From: Polyangiaceae bacterium
GTDB taxonomy: Bacteria; Myxococcota_A; Polyangia; Polyangiales; Polyangiaceae
DNA: 64,000 nt
Assembly: GCA_044376115.1 (NCBI GenBank)
Contig: JBILLK010000001.1
Location: 451,873 to 515,872, forward strand
Direction of reading: 5' to 3'
The position numbers were made by a program, and so were the translations under genes. Below are positions 18,715-27,973 of this stretch, in pieces (position 1 is the stretch's first letter; the number at the start of each line of letters is the position of its first letter). The notes beneath the pieces are model-generated. The model was not told the DNA's origin and searched no databases. It saw nothing but the letters and a program-made list of their open reading frames with translations.

Positions 18715-19695
18715 CTAGTCCCAGCGTTCCTTCCGGTACCAGGCAGCCGTGAGCCGCGCACCCTCCTCAAAGGTCACGCTGGGAGACCAACCGAGCTCAG
18801 CTCGGGCCCGCGTGGAGTCCACCTGGAAGTGCTGCATCAAGAGCTCGGGAAGCTTCTCTGGGGTAAAGATCATCACCTTGTTCGTCAACTTGCCAAACAG
18901 CGCCGATCCGGCTGCGGCGGCCTGAACAATCGGCGTTGGGATGTTGGGGGTGGCCCACAGGCGTTGCCCATAAGCTTCAGCGATCGCCTGCGCCATCGTT
19001 TCGAATGAGTAGCTCAAACCGTCATCCAGGAAGTAGGTCGAGCCGGATGGCACGTCCGCTTCGACTGCTCGAAGGCAGGCGTCAGCGCAGTCCGTTGCGT
19101 AAATGAGGGACATGGTCTTCATTGACCCGCCCAGACGAAACGCCATGCGAGTTCTTCGCACCATTTGAAAGAATGCGAGGATTTCGTCGTCGCGAGGACC
19201 GTAGATGGCCGGTGGACGAAGCACCACGATGGGCATGCGCGACTGCAACTCAAGCAGCGCGCGTTCACCAGAGAGTTTGCTGGTTGAGTACGGCGTTACG
19301 GGGTTGGGCGGGTCCGCCTCTCGATGAGGCCTGCCCTCCACGCCTAACCCCATCACGCCCGCCGTGGAAACATGAACGAAGCGCTTGAGCGCTGGTGACT
19401 GAGCGATCACAGAGTTCGCCAGGTTCACCGTGCCATCGCGATGGACTCGTTCAAACTCGGCCAGGGTGCGTGCCTTGATTAGGCCAGCGCAGTGAACGAC
19501 TGCATCAATTCCAGCCAGCAAGCCGTCGAGCGGACCATCCACCGCTCCTTCTACGAGCTCAACGCCAAGCGCCTTGAGGAAGCGGGTGTTACTGGTCTTG
19601 CGCACCAGACACACCACCTGGTGACCAGCTTCTTTGGCACGCTCTGCTACGTGAGAGCCTAGAAACCCGGATCCGCCTGTGACGAGAAGTCGCAT
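18715..19695 (-). CDS. NAD-dependent epimerase/dehydratase (extended SDR, 3-beta-HSD-like)
   Basis: VTGGSGFLG, HCAG, HVST, YSTSK, LRPPAIYGPRD. Confidence 0.85.
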   Translation of the reverse strand: MRLLVTGGSGFLGSHVAERAKEAGHQVVCLVRKTSNTRFLKALGVELVEGAVDGPLDGLLAGIDAVVHCAGLIKARTLAEFERVHRDGTVNLANSVIAQSPALKRFVHVSTAGVMGLGVEGRPHREADPPNPVTPYSTSKLSGERALLELQSRMPIVVLRPPAIYGPRDDEILAFFQMVRRTRMAFRLGGSMKTMSLIYATDCADACLRAVEADVPSGSTYFLDDGLSYSFETMAQAIAEAYGQRLWATPNIPTPIVQAAAAGSALFGKLTNKVMIFTPEKLPELLMQHFQVDSTRARAELGWSPSVTFEEGARLTAAWYRKERWD

Positions 19696-19770
19696 GGCTC
19701 GTTATTGCGAAGCTGGGCCAGGCTGTAAAGCGCTAGATGCGTCCAGACGGGCCTCGCGTTAGCATGCGCC

Positions 19771-20928
19771 ATGGTTAAGGCGAGTCGCTCCACCCTGACT
19801 CCCCGTTTACAGGGCAGACCAACCATCATTGTCGGCGCAGGCCCAGCTGGGCTTGCCGTGGCAGCCAGTCTCAAAGCGCGGGGACTACCTTTCGAGATTA
19901 TCGAGCGGCAGGCCAACGTCGGCGCGTCGTTTCGTAGCCACTACCGAAGGCTGCACCTTCATACCGATAAGGCGCTGTCAGCCCTGCCGTTCATGCCGTT
20001 TCCAGAAGAGCTGCCGCGGTGGGTCCCGCGAGCCGACGTTGTCCGCTATCTCGAGAGCTACGCACAACGTTTCGATCTGCGCCCGCGTTTCGGGGTCTCG
20101 GTGCTCAACATCCAGTCGGATCCGGGAGGGGGTGTGCTGGTTGAGACGGACCACGGGCAACTGCAAACCGATTCTGTGGTAGTCGCCACGGGTTACAACC
20201 GCGTGCCCATCCTGCCAGAGTTTGAAGGGCTATCCAGCTTTGTAGGGCCAGTCGTACACAGCTCGAGCTACCTCGAGGGCGCCCCCTTCAGAGGACAACG
20301 CGTATTGGTAATTGGGGCTGGCAATAGCGGTGCTGAAATTGCGCTCGATCTGTGGGAGCACGGTGCGCACCCTCGGCTCCTGGTACGTGGCCCGGTGCAT
20401 GTAGTACCGCGCGAGATCATGGGCGTTCCCTTGCAAAGGCTCACCCTCGCGATGAGCTTCCTCTCCGCTGAGTCGATCGATCGACTCGCTGCACCGATCA
20501 GCAGGTTCAGCCTCGGCGATTTGACGCCCCACGGCCTCATGACGCCGCAGCGTGGAGCTGCGGTGCTAGCACGAGACAAGGGTCGCATACCCGTGCTCGA
20601 CGTCGGGACGATCGCACTCATACGCCAGGGTCTCCTTCCGGTACTTCCAGCGGTGCGACGCTTCCACGAAAGAAGCGTTGAGTGTGTGGATGGTCGAAGC
20701 CACGCAATAGAGGCGGTGGTGCTAGCCACAGGCTATCGAAGCGGACTCAGCGCGCTGCTAGACGACCAGAGCCTGCTCAACGAGAGGGAACTACCGAAGA
20801 GGCACGGAACACGGACCGATCACAACGTTTGGTTCATTGGGTTCTCAAACCCTCAGACGGGGGCGCTTCGCGAGATTGGCATCGAGGCTCAACGAATCGC
20901 CAAGGAGATCATGGAGGCTGCCGCATGA
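19771..20928 (+). CDS. Flavin-containing monooxygenase (class B, YUCCA-like)
   Basis: GAGPAG, LHLHT, ATGY, FMO fingerprint FVGPVVHSSSY, GAGNSG, second ATGY. Confidence 0.88.
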   Translation: MVKASRSTLTPRLQGRPTIIVGAGPAGLAVAASLKARGLPFEIIERQANVGASFRSHYRRLHLHTDKALSALPFMPFPEELPRWVPRADVVRYLESYAQRFDLRPRFGVSVLNIQSDPGGGVLVETDHGQLQTDSVVVATGYNRVPILPEFEGLSSFVGPVVHSSSYLEGAPFRGQRVLVIGAGNSGAEIALDLWEHGAHPRLLVRGPVHVVPREIMGVPLQRLTLAMSFLSAESIDRLAAPISRFSLGDLTPHGLMTPQRGAAVLARDKGRIPVLDVGTIALIRQGLLPVLPAVRRFHERSVECVDGRSHAIEAVVLATGYRSGLSALLDDQSLLNERELPKRHGTRTDHNVWFIGFSNPQTGALREIGIEAQRIAKEIMEAAA

Positions 20929-21920
20929 ATCGGCTCCTTCATTGGCATCCTGTCGCGCTACCGGGCGAAATCAAAAAGGACCCATTTCCGTTCCAGCTCG
21001 ATGGCAAGCAGTTCGTCCTTTTTCGTACCGTCAGCGGCCAGTTTGGCGCGATGCCACGCGCGTGTCCCCACAGGAGGGCCGACTTGGCCTCAGGCAAAGT
21101 GCGCGGGGAGGAGCTCCTATGCAGCTATCACGGTTGGGGCTTTCAGCCGACCGGAGCGATCCGGTCGCCAGGCAATCCTTCCCTAGCGCAACGAGCAGAA
21201 TGTCTCGAGGTTACTGAACGCTATGGCGCACTCTGGGTGCGCGCGAGGAGCGCCCACACGGCCTTTCCGAAGCTGGACTTCAACGGTTTTGTGCCAACGG
21301 GGGTCTATCGGCATCGAGTCGCAGCGCCGCTCCAGCTGGTACTCGACAACTTCGTCGAGGTCGAACACACAAGCTTCGTGCACGCTCTACTCGGCTATGC
21401 AGCAGCCGATTTGGCCTCCGTAGAGGTTGCAATGAGCACCGGAAACGATTGGGTGCGCGTAGTAAACCAGGGGCGTCAACGCAAGCTCCCGCTGCCGATA
21501 CGCGCAGCCTTCGGAATTGGCGTTACAGATACATTTGTAGACGATTGGACGACCTACTTTTCACCGATCTATTCGGTCTATGATCACTACTGGCTAAGCC
21601 CCGAAGGTAGCCGAAGGGAAAACGCGCTGCGGACCTTTGTGTTTTTTAACCCGATTGATGACCAGAACTGCGAGCTCTGGTCCTTCGCTGCGGCTAGTTC
21701 ACGCTGGCTCAAGCTCCCTCTACTTCGTCACGGGCTCCGCGGCCTACTGCGGCTCTCGCTGGAACTCGAGGTCCGGCTCGACCGCCGGCAATTGGAGTCC
21801 TTGGCGGATAAGAACACCAGCATGCGCGGCATGAAGCTTGGCCGCTTCGACAAGGTCATGTGGGAAACACGCACCCGAGTAGCCTCGATCTACAATCAAA
21901 CCCCGGGTGAGGCTGGGTAA
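20925..21920 (+). CDS. Rieske [2Fe-2S] non-heme iron oxygenase (VanA-like alpha subunit)
   Basis: CPHR...CSYHGW Rieske motif; DNFVEVEHTSFVH iron site; ATGA overlap with the FMO stop. Confidence 0.88.
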   Translation: MNRLLHWHPVALPGEIKKDPFPFQLDGKQFVLFRTVSGQFGAMPRACPHRRADLASGKVRGEELLCSYHGWGFQPTGAIRSPGNPSLAQRAECLEVTERYGALWVRARSAHTAFPKLDFNGFVPTGVYRHRVAAPLQLVLDNFVEVEHTSFVHALLGYAAADLASVEVAMSTGNDWVRVVNQGRQRKLPLPIRAAFGIGVTDTFVDDWTTYFSPIYSVYDHYWLSPEGSRRENALRTFVFFNPIDDQNCELWSFAAASSRWLKLPLLRHGLRGLLRLSLELEVRLDRRQLESLADKNTSMRGMKLGRFDKVMWETRTRVASIYNQTPGEAG

Positions 21921-21945
21921 AGCGGCTACGTCTCCAGCAGAAGAA

Positions 21946-22659
21946 TCAACCCGGTTTTGCGAGTAGCCGCCTCCACAACACGACGTGCCCAAGCGTGGCG
22001 CTGGCTACCAAACCGGCCGGCAGCCATACGAACGGGAAGGTTGCGACCCATGTATTGAGCCTCTCGGGCTCGGTGCCAAAGGCGTGAAACATGGGCAGCG
22101 AGGCAACCGCTATTGCGACAATCGCAATCAACAACAAGGTGCCCAGCAGATTGAAAGCCAGCACGGCGAACCGAGGAAGCTCGCGACGCGTTACTAGGCT
22201 GTAGCCAGCCAATAGCAGGGCCGAAACTCCTGTAAGTATGTCAAAGTTCAGGCCCGAATAGCTCATTTGCTCAGGCATCGTCCCATCCCGCGCGGCTTGG
22301 TGCATGAGCAGCTCGAGTGGCAGTCGAAACCCATGAAAGCCAACGAGCCACACGATAGGCGTGGCTTTGGTCATGTAGGTACCCACCCGTGAGAATCCCA
22401 ACCAGGTTGGTAACAGCAACGTAGGGATGAGTAGCAACGGTGCTCGCGGTGGCGTCGCATCGAAGTTCGCGAGAAATCCCGTCCCCGCGAGGGCTGCACT
22501 GAACGCGAACCAAAGACCTATCCCAACACCGACCCTCATCGTCGTCCGCAAACGAAGCGTGGGCGGCGCACTGCGATGGACCCAGGTGACAACACCTCCC
22601 GCAACCACGATCGCCAAGAGCGGTATTCCAAGTTGGACCAGGGCTGAGGCCGGCTTCAT
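21946..22659 (-). CDS. Hypothetical polytopic membrane protein
   Basis: About 6-7 TM segments; FRLPLE, NFDILTG and FPFVWLP motifs; ATG22659 sits right behind a sigma54 promoter. Confidence 0.75.
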   Translation of the reverse strand: MKPASALVQLGIPLLAIVVAGGVVTWVHRSAPPTLRLRTTMRVGVGIGLWFAFSAALAGTGFLANFDATPPRAPLLLIPTLLLPTWLGFSRVGTYMTKATPIVWLVGFHGFRLPLELLMHQAARDGTMPEQMSYSGLNFDILTGVSALLLAGYSLVTRRELPRFAVLAFNLLGTLLLIAIVAIAVASLPMFHAFGTEPERLNTWVATFPFVWLPAGLVASATLGHVVLWRRLLAKPG

Positions 22660-22672
22660 GGCTGCGCTCTTC

Positions 22673-22687
22673 GCACGGCGCGTGCCA
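22673..22687 (-). promoter_or_regulatory. sigma54 -24/-12 promoter
   Basis: TGGCACGCGCCGTGC (GG-N10-GC); divergent from an HK + bEBP pair. Confidence 0.7.
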
Positions 22688-22738
22688 GCGCCAACACCGA
22701 GAAACTGGGCTGCATAGGCGTATCTCTCGCACAACGAC

Positions 22739-22772
22739 TGTTGGTTAAGCAACAGGTGCCGGTTTTCCGACA
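22739..22772. promoter_or_regulatory. Tandem palindromic upstream activator sites (candidate bEBP binding sites)
   Basis: TGTTGGTTAAGCAACA (22739-22754) and TGCCGGTTTTCCGACA (22757-22772), both TGY-N10-ACA, about 80-110 bp upstream of the predicted TSS. Confidence 0.55.
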
Positions 22773-22827
22773 GGGCGCCGCGAGTCCGGTTCCAGGAACA
22801 AGATTGGTGTATGAGCGTAGCTCACGA

Positions 22828-24093
22828 ATGCGTTCGCGATTTCTTGTCCTGCGTTCAACGGCCCGCTTAGCGGTAGGGAGGCGATTCTTGAGTCTCCGAC
22901 CCTTCATTGCGCTGGTGGGCGGTTTAACGAACGCGTTCATGCTCAAGCTCTCATTCGCAGAGACGCACCAGAAAGCTGCTATCGCTATTTGCTTTGGCAC
23001 AGCCTTAGTGGCTTTCTTCACCGAAGCTTGGCTACTACGTCGGTACCCTCTCACCGAGCGCTGGCTATTTGGCTCGCTCATGGCCACTTTGATAGCTATT
23101 GCTCTCGGCTCGCTCGTCAGCGGTGGGACACTCAGCCCGTTCTTACCGCTGATCTTCGCTCCCGTCGTGGTGGGTTTTGCTGCCTTCGGGCGTAGCCGTG
23201 AAACGCTTTGGCTGCTCGGCATGGGCGTGGTGATGACCGCTGCCCTTGCTGCACTGCCCAACTTCGCTGGTCTTCAAGGAGTACCAGCCCCATGGGGCCC
23301 ACGAATGGTCGGCGTTAGTGCCTGTATGGCGCTGATGTTGCTGGTTACCGGGGTTGTTGGGCTGGTCGACGCACATGCCTCAGCTGCTGCTTCCCTCGAG
23401 GTCATGCGCAACGAGGCCGTGTTAGAGATGGAGCGGCATACTCGCAATATGGATCTGCTGAATGCTCGATTGGCGCATGAAGTAAAGAATCCACTTACGG
23501 CGATAAGGGGCTTGGTCCAGCTCATTGCCCGCAAGACCTCTGACGAGCGGGACCGCGAACGACTGGCCGTCGTTCAGGCCGAAGTTGACCGAGCGTTGGA
23601 CATGCTTCGGTTGCAGATAACGATGGCCAAGCCGCTGGGAGAGCTCGAGCGAACAACGATTAATACAAAGGCGCTGCTCCGAGGGGTGATTGAGCTGTTA
23701 CACGGGCGAGCTGCTGATCTAGGGATCGAATTGGCCGTTGATGGCGACGACGAGCCGCTCTTTGCGGACGAACCAAAGCTCCGGTCGGCGCTGGTTAACC
23801 TGGTTCTCAATTCACTCGCAGCCAGCGGCACTGGCTCGCGTGTGCTCTTGAGTTCTCGCAAGACTGAAGCTGGGACCCAGATCACCGTCGCGGACGAAGG
23901 CCGCGGCATGACCAAGCTTGAACTGGCTCACGTCGGGGAGCCGTTCATCACCAACACGGAAGGTGGCACAGGTCTCGGGGTGTCGATCGCGCGCAGCATC
24001 TCGGAGCAGCACGGAGGCAAGCTTACGTTTATTAGTGAGCAGGGCGTCGGAACCACAGTAACGATCGAGATTCCAACATGGCAAAGCTGCTAA
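22828..24093 (+). CDS. Membrane-bound sensor histidine kinase
   Basis: About 6 TM; H-box LAHEVKNPL; N-box NLVLNS; DEGRG; GTGLG. Start uncertain. Confidence 0.92.
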   Translation: MRSRFLVLRSTARLAVGRRFLSLRPFIALVGGLTNAFMLKLSFAETHQKAAIAICFGTALVAFFTEAWLLRRYPLTERWLFGSLMATLIAIALGSLVSGGTLSPFLPLIFAPVVVGFAAFGRSRETLWLLGMGVVMTAALAALPNFAGLQGVPAPWGPRMVGVSACMALMLLVTGVVGLVDAHASAAASLEVMRNEAVLEMERHTRNMDLLNARLAHEVKNPLTAIRGLVQLIARKTSDERDRERLAVVQAEVDRALDMLRLQITMAKPLGELERTTINTKALLRGVIELLHGRAADLGIELAVDGDDEPLFADEPKLRSALVNLVLNSLAASGTGSRVLLSSRKTEAGTQITVADEGRGMTKLELAHVGEPFITNTEGGTGLGVSIARSISEQHGGKLTFISEQGVGTTVTIEIPTWQSC

Positions 24094-25415
24094 TCGTCGA
24101 TGACGAGCCCGGTGTGCGCTTTACCTTGAAAGAGGTCGCGCAGGAGCTCGGTCACACAGTCGTTGAAGCTCGCAATGGGCGTGAGGCATTGCAACAGGTG
24201 ACCGACGAGGTGGACCTCGTCATTACAGACTTGGCGATGCCGGAGCTTGGTGGGCTAGAGCTGCTTGCTGAGCTTCGCGCTCTGTTTCCAGATCTTCCCG
24301 TCGTACTTCTCACCGCCCGGGGCAGCGAGCGGGTAGCGGTTCGCGCGATAAAGGGTGGCGCCTTCGACTATGTCACCAAGCCCTTCGACGTTGACGAGTT
24401 GGATACGGTGATAACGCGGGCTCTCGATCTAGCCAGCTGGAAGAATGATGCGCGCGCGGCCGCGCTTCAGGCTCAACTAGGGCGGCCGCTAATAGGGTCT
24501 TCAGCTGCACTTCGACGTGTCGTTGACCGGGCTCTCAAGTTCGCTAAGCGTGAGGCGCCTGTGCTCGTAACGGGTGAGACTGGGACGGGCAAGGAGCTAC
24601 TCGCATTGTTACTCCACTCAGGCAGTCCGCGTGCTCGTGGCTCCTTCATTCGTTTCAACTGTGCAGCAGTCGCCGAGGAGGTCGCCGAGAGTGAACTATT
24701 TGGGCATGTCCGCGGAGCCTTTACTGGGGCGAGCCACAACCATCGAGGCTTCTTCTCTCAGGCTCATGGTGGCACTCTGGTACTCGATGAGGTGGGAGAG
24801 CTTCCGCCACGCCTCCAGCCAAAGCTGTTACGTACTTTACAATCGGGAGAGATCCAGCCCGTCGGCGCTGCTTCGATAGAGCGGGTGGACGTACGAGTAA
24901 TCGCCTGCACGCACCGAAATCTTGCCGAGGAGGCGCGCCGCGGGCAGTTTCGCGAAGATCTCTACTATCGACTAGCGGTGCTCGAGCTGGTGATGCCGCC
25001 CCTCCGCGAACGGCAAGAGGACATACCTGCGCTCGCGGAGTTCTTCGCCCGTGAGTCCGCCGCGAAGTTCGGCTTGGAGGGTGTCACGATCAGTGAAGAG
25101 CTCGCTGCTGCGCTCAGCCAAAGGCAGTACCGCGGGAACATCCGCGAGCTCGAGAACCTGGTCACACGATTGGTTGCGCTATCGGAGGGTGGACCACTTG
25201 AGCCTCACTTATTGGGGTCGACAAGCAAGACGGCTACGTCCGCGCCAATAAGCTTTCGGGAGCAAGTAGAGGCTTTGGAGCTTCGGCTGCTGCGCGATGC
25301 TTTGGGACAAGCTGGCAACAATCAGTCAGAGGCTGCACGGCTCCTCGGGCTTTCTCGCGCAACCTTCCTCGACAAGCTGAAGCGATACAACCTTTGGACG
25401 TACAAAGGGGACTAG
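24078..25415 (+). CDS. sigma54-dependent response regulator (NtrC family)
   Basis: Receiver VDDE/DLAMP; GETGTGKE; ESELFGHVRGAFTGA; LDEVGE; FREDLYYRL; GNIREL; Fis-type HTH. Confidence 0.95.
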   Translation: MAKLLIVDDEPGVRFTLKEVAQELGHTVVEARNGREALQQVTDEVDLVITDLAMPELGGLELLAELRALFPDLPVVLLTARGSERVAVRAIKGGAFDYVTKPFDVDELDTVITRALDLASWKNDARAAALQAQLGRPLIGSSAALRRVVDRALKFAKREAPVLVTGETGTGKELLALLLHSGSPRARGSFIRFNCAAVAEEVAESELFGHVRGAFTGASHNHRGFFSQAHGGTLVLDEVGELPPRLQPKLLRTLQSGEIQPVGAASIERVDVRVIACTHRNLAEEARRGQFREDLYYRLAVLELVMPPLRERQEDIPALAEFFARESAAKFGLEGVTISEELAAALSQRQYRGNIRELENLVTRLVALSEGGPLEPHLLGSTSKTATSAPISFREQVEALELRLLRDALGQAGNNQSEAARLLGLSRATFLDKLKRYNLWTYKGD

Positions 25416-26479
25416 CCGCTAACGCCAGTGGTGGATGGCACAACCGGCAGGTGGACTGGCTTTGACAGCGGGTAGAACTGCTCCGCCCAACGTCGATAGC
25501 GAGCAATTGGGCCGTCTCCCTGCGCGAGCGCAGGACGAGCCACATATTGCTTGTGCTTCCAGATCACGAAGTCCTGTTCAACATCATTGGCTAGCGCTGC
25601 AAACGCTTGCCTGAGGTAGATGGTCTCCACGAGTTTGGTAAGCAGCCGGGGCCGGCTAACCCAGGCAAGGAGCGGGTGGAGACTCTGACTTGCTGCAAGG
25701 CGCTTCACAGCAAGAGCTATGCGCAGCTCGAGGTCCATCTCTGCGCGGGGAGTAGCGAATACGAAGGAACGAGCCTCCAGGCCCACCTTAGGAATCTTGA
25801 TGTCCACCATCGAGTGCCCAAGCCCTCGAACCGTCACTTCAAACTCCGCGTCGAGGCCCCGCGAGCCGCGAGCCAACCCGAACGGATGATGCATTGAGTA
25901 GCGGGCCCGGAGGACAGGCCCCTCGAGCTCGAGCTCTCCTCGCATTTGAACATGCGAGTAGCCGTGAACGACGCTCAGATGGCCGAAATCTACGCTATTC
26001 TCTGTGGTGTCCTGAGGATGCCCGCGAAGCCGATAGTACTTTGTCAGCAGGGGCGAGTAGCTTGCGTCGTCTAGGTTTGGCAACGTGAACGTGGGGGGGC
26101 CACCGTTCGGGTCCAGGAAGATGAGGACCACACCGCCCGTCTCACGCACGGCGTTCGTCGCGACAGAGACCTTCGGTGGCTTTGTGTCGTAACCGGTCGC
26201 CACACAAGCACCGTCCACACCGAAGCGGAAGCCGTGGAAAGGACAGCGCACGGACTCCCCAACAACGGTGCCACCGTGGCCCATATGCGCGCCGAGATGT
26301 GGACAGATGGGATCCATCGCGGAGAGCGCTCCGCTCTCCGTCCGCGCAAGGAGCAGTTCCCTACCCCCAAGCGTCCGAGTTTGCAGGGTCCCTCGCGCAA
26401 ACTCGCTTGAGAAGCCCACCGCATACCATCCGGTGGGGTATGGAGGGAGCCGCGTGGTATCGCCTTCCGTGCTGGCCAT
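25412..26479 (-). CDS. Rieske oxygenase, cholesterol 7-desaturase (Neverland/DAF-36)/KshA-like
   Basis: PPYPTGWY; CPHLGAH...CPFHG; ENSVDFGHLSVVH; C-terminal DFVIWKHKQY..RPALAQGDGPIARYRRWAEQFY. Confidence 0.85.
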   Translation of the reverse strand: MASTEGDTTRLPPYPTGWYAVGFSSEFARGTLQTRTLGGRELLLARTESGALSAMDPICPHLGAHMGHGGTVVGESVRCPFHGFRFGVDGACVATGYDTKPPKVSVATNAVRETGGVVLIFLDPNGGPPTFTLPNLDDASYSPLLTKYYRLRGHPQDTTENSVDFGHLSVVHGYSHVQMRGELELEGPVLRARYSMHHPFGLARGSRGLDAEFEVTVRGLGHSMVDIKIPKVGLEARSFVFATPRAEMDLELRIALAVKRLAASQSLHPLLAWVSRPRLLTKLVETIYLRQAFAALANDVEQDFVIWKHKQYVARPALAQGDGPIARYRRWAEQFYPLSKPVHLPVVPSTTGVSG

Positions 26480-26518
26480 CACTGTTCTTAACTCTGATAG
26501 ACCCTAGCTGGCAACGGT

Positions 26519-27886
26519 CTACGGCGCTCCGCGTTCGGCTTGAGTTAGCAACCGTTCTGCGTCCGCAGCGCCGATGGCGTCAAACTTGGGATTGCGCGCT
26601 AGAGCCGACTTTAGAAGGGCTATCCCGCGTTCGGTTTCGCCACGGGCTAGAAGGATTGCGCCTGCATGATACTCAATAGCGGAATCAGGCGTCTTGAGCG
26701 CAAGCATCTGGTCGACAAGCTTTGCGGCCTCCTCGAGCTCATTGGCTCGATACAGCGCAAACGCCAACGCATCAGCTGCGTAGATACCTCCTCTGGTCTT
26801 CAGTTCCTTGCGCGCGAGTTCAACTGCAAGGGCTGGCTCACGATTGTGTGCGGCTAGGAACTGCGCGGTGGTCCGCGGATCTTCCTCACGGCCTGCAGAG
26901 ATCAGCTCGGCAAACACCGACTCGGCTCGTTCGGGCTTGCCATCCGCAACGAGCGCGTCTCCCAACCGCCACCGTAGTTCGATCGATTCGCTTTGCTTTA
27001 CTCCCTGCTCGAGCCAGCTAACCGCGCGCACTGGCTCCCCTTTCGCCAGCGCTACCTTGCCTTTGCCAAGCATGGCATGAGGGTAGTTCGCGCACTCCTT
27101 CAGGGCGCTGGCGTAGCCCGCATCAGCGCCGTCGTAGTCCCCGAGGTGAAAGAAGAGGTTAGCCGCCTGCGTTAGGGCGTAGCAGCGTGGCTCCGGATCC
27201 GCGGGGTTGTTGCCAATTTGAATTGCTTGCTTCCAAGCCGCCTTAGCCTTGTCCACATCACCATGCAGCCAGGCCAAATGAGCCGCCCGGGAGAACGCTG
27301 GAACAGCAGGCTTGAGGTCGAGTAGCTTGTCTGTGGTCGCTAGCGCGGCCTTGTACCGACCGAGCTCAAGTTCGGCATCTGAACGATTGGCGAGCGCGAT
27401 CAAGTCCTCCGGGGACTTGGCCAGTGCACGCTCGGACGAAGCCAGCGCCTCCGCGAACTTGTGCTCATTGAGCTGAGTCTGGCCGAGCAGTCCAAGCGCC
27501 AGAAAGTCATCCGGGTCCCGCTCGAGCAGGAGCTCGGCTACGGCTTTTCCGTAGGCGTAGTACCCTGGTTCCGCATCATTGCGGGCCTTTTGCACCCACG
27601 AGCGCCCAAGCAGAATCCAGTCGTCACGACCGTCTGTCTGCTTGACCTTCTGCTGGTAGGCGCGGATGAGCACGTCGGCCTGCGTGTTTCCTGCTATTTC
27701 CTCAAGCGCGCGATCCCGATTTGAGCCTCCCGCCTTGATGGGAGCAGCGCTGGTTACAGAAATGGAGGTCGTTTGAGCACCGACCGAGTTTGCGGTGGAG
27801 GTCAGGCTCTCCTCCGTACTGCTCTCACACCCCACGAGCGCTGCCGACGCTGCCCACAAGGCGAACAGGGAATTCCGACCGATCAT
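26519..27886 (-). CDS. Tetratricopeptide-repeat lipoprotein
   Basis: AALVGC lipobox; many TPR helices (ELGRYKAA, HLGDYDGA, IEYHAG, ALARNPKF). Confidence 0.85.
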   Translation of the reverse strand: MIGRNSLFALWAASAALVGCESSTEESLTSTANSVGAQTTSISVTSAAPIKAGGSNRDRALEEIAGNTQADVLIRAYQQKVKQTDGRDDWILLGRSWVQKARNDAEPGYYAYGKAVAELLLERDPDDFLALGLLGQTQLNEHKFAEALASSERALAKSPEDLIALANRSDAELELGRYKAALATTDKLLDLKPAVPAFSRAAHLAWLHGDVDKAKAAWKQAIQIGNNPADPEPRCYALTQAANLFFHLGDYDGADAGYASALKECANYPHAMLGKGKVALAKGEPVRAVSWLEQGVKQSESIELRWRLGDALVADGKPERAESVFAELISAGREEDPRTTAQFLAAHNREPALAVELARKELKTRGGIYAADALAFALYRANELEEAAKLVDQMLALKTPDSAIEYHAGAILLARGETERGIALLKSALARNPKFDAIGAADAERLLTQAERGAP

Positions 27887-27973
27887 CGAGCGCCTTACGT
27901 GTGGGGAGCCCCGGCGGTTGCGTGTAACCACACAGTGGATCCGGCGCTGGGGCTGTGGAGTACTGTGGTCGGC

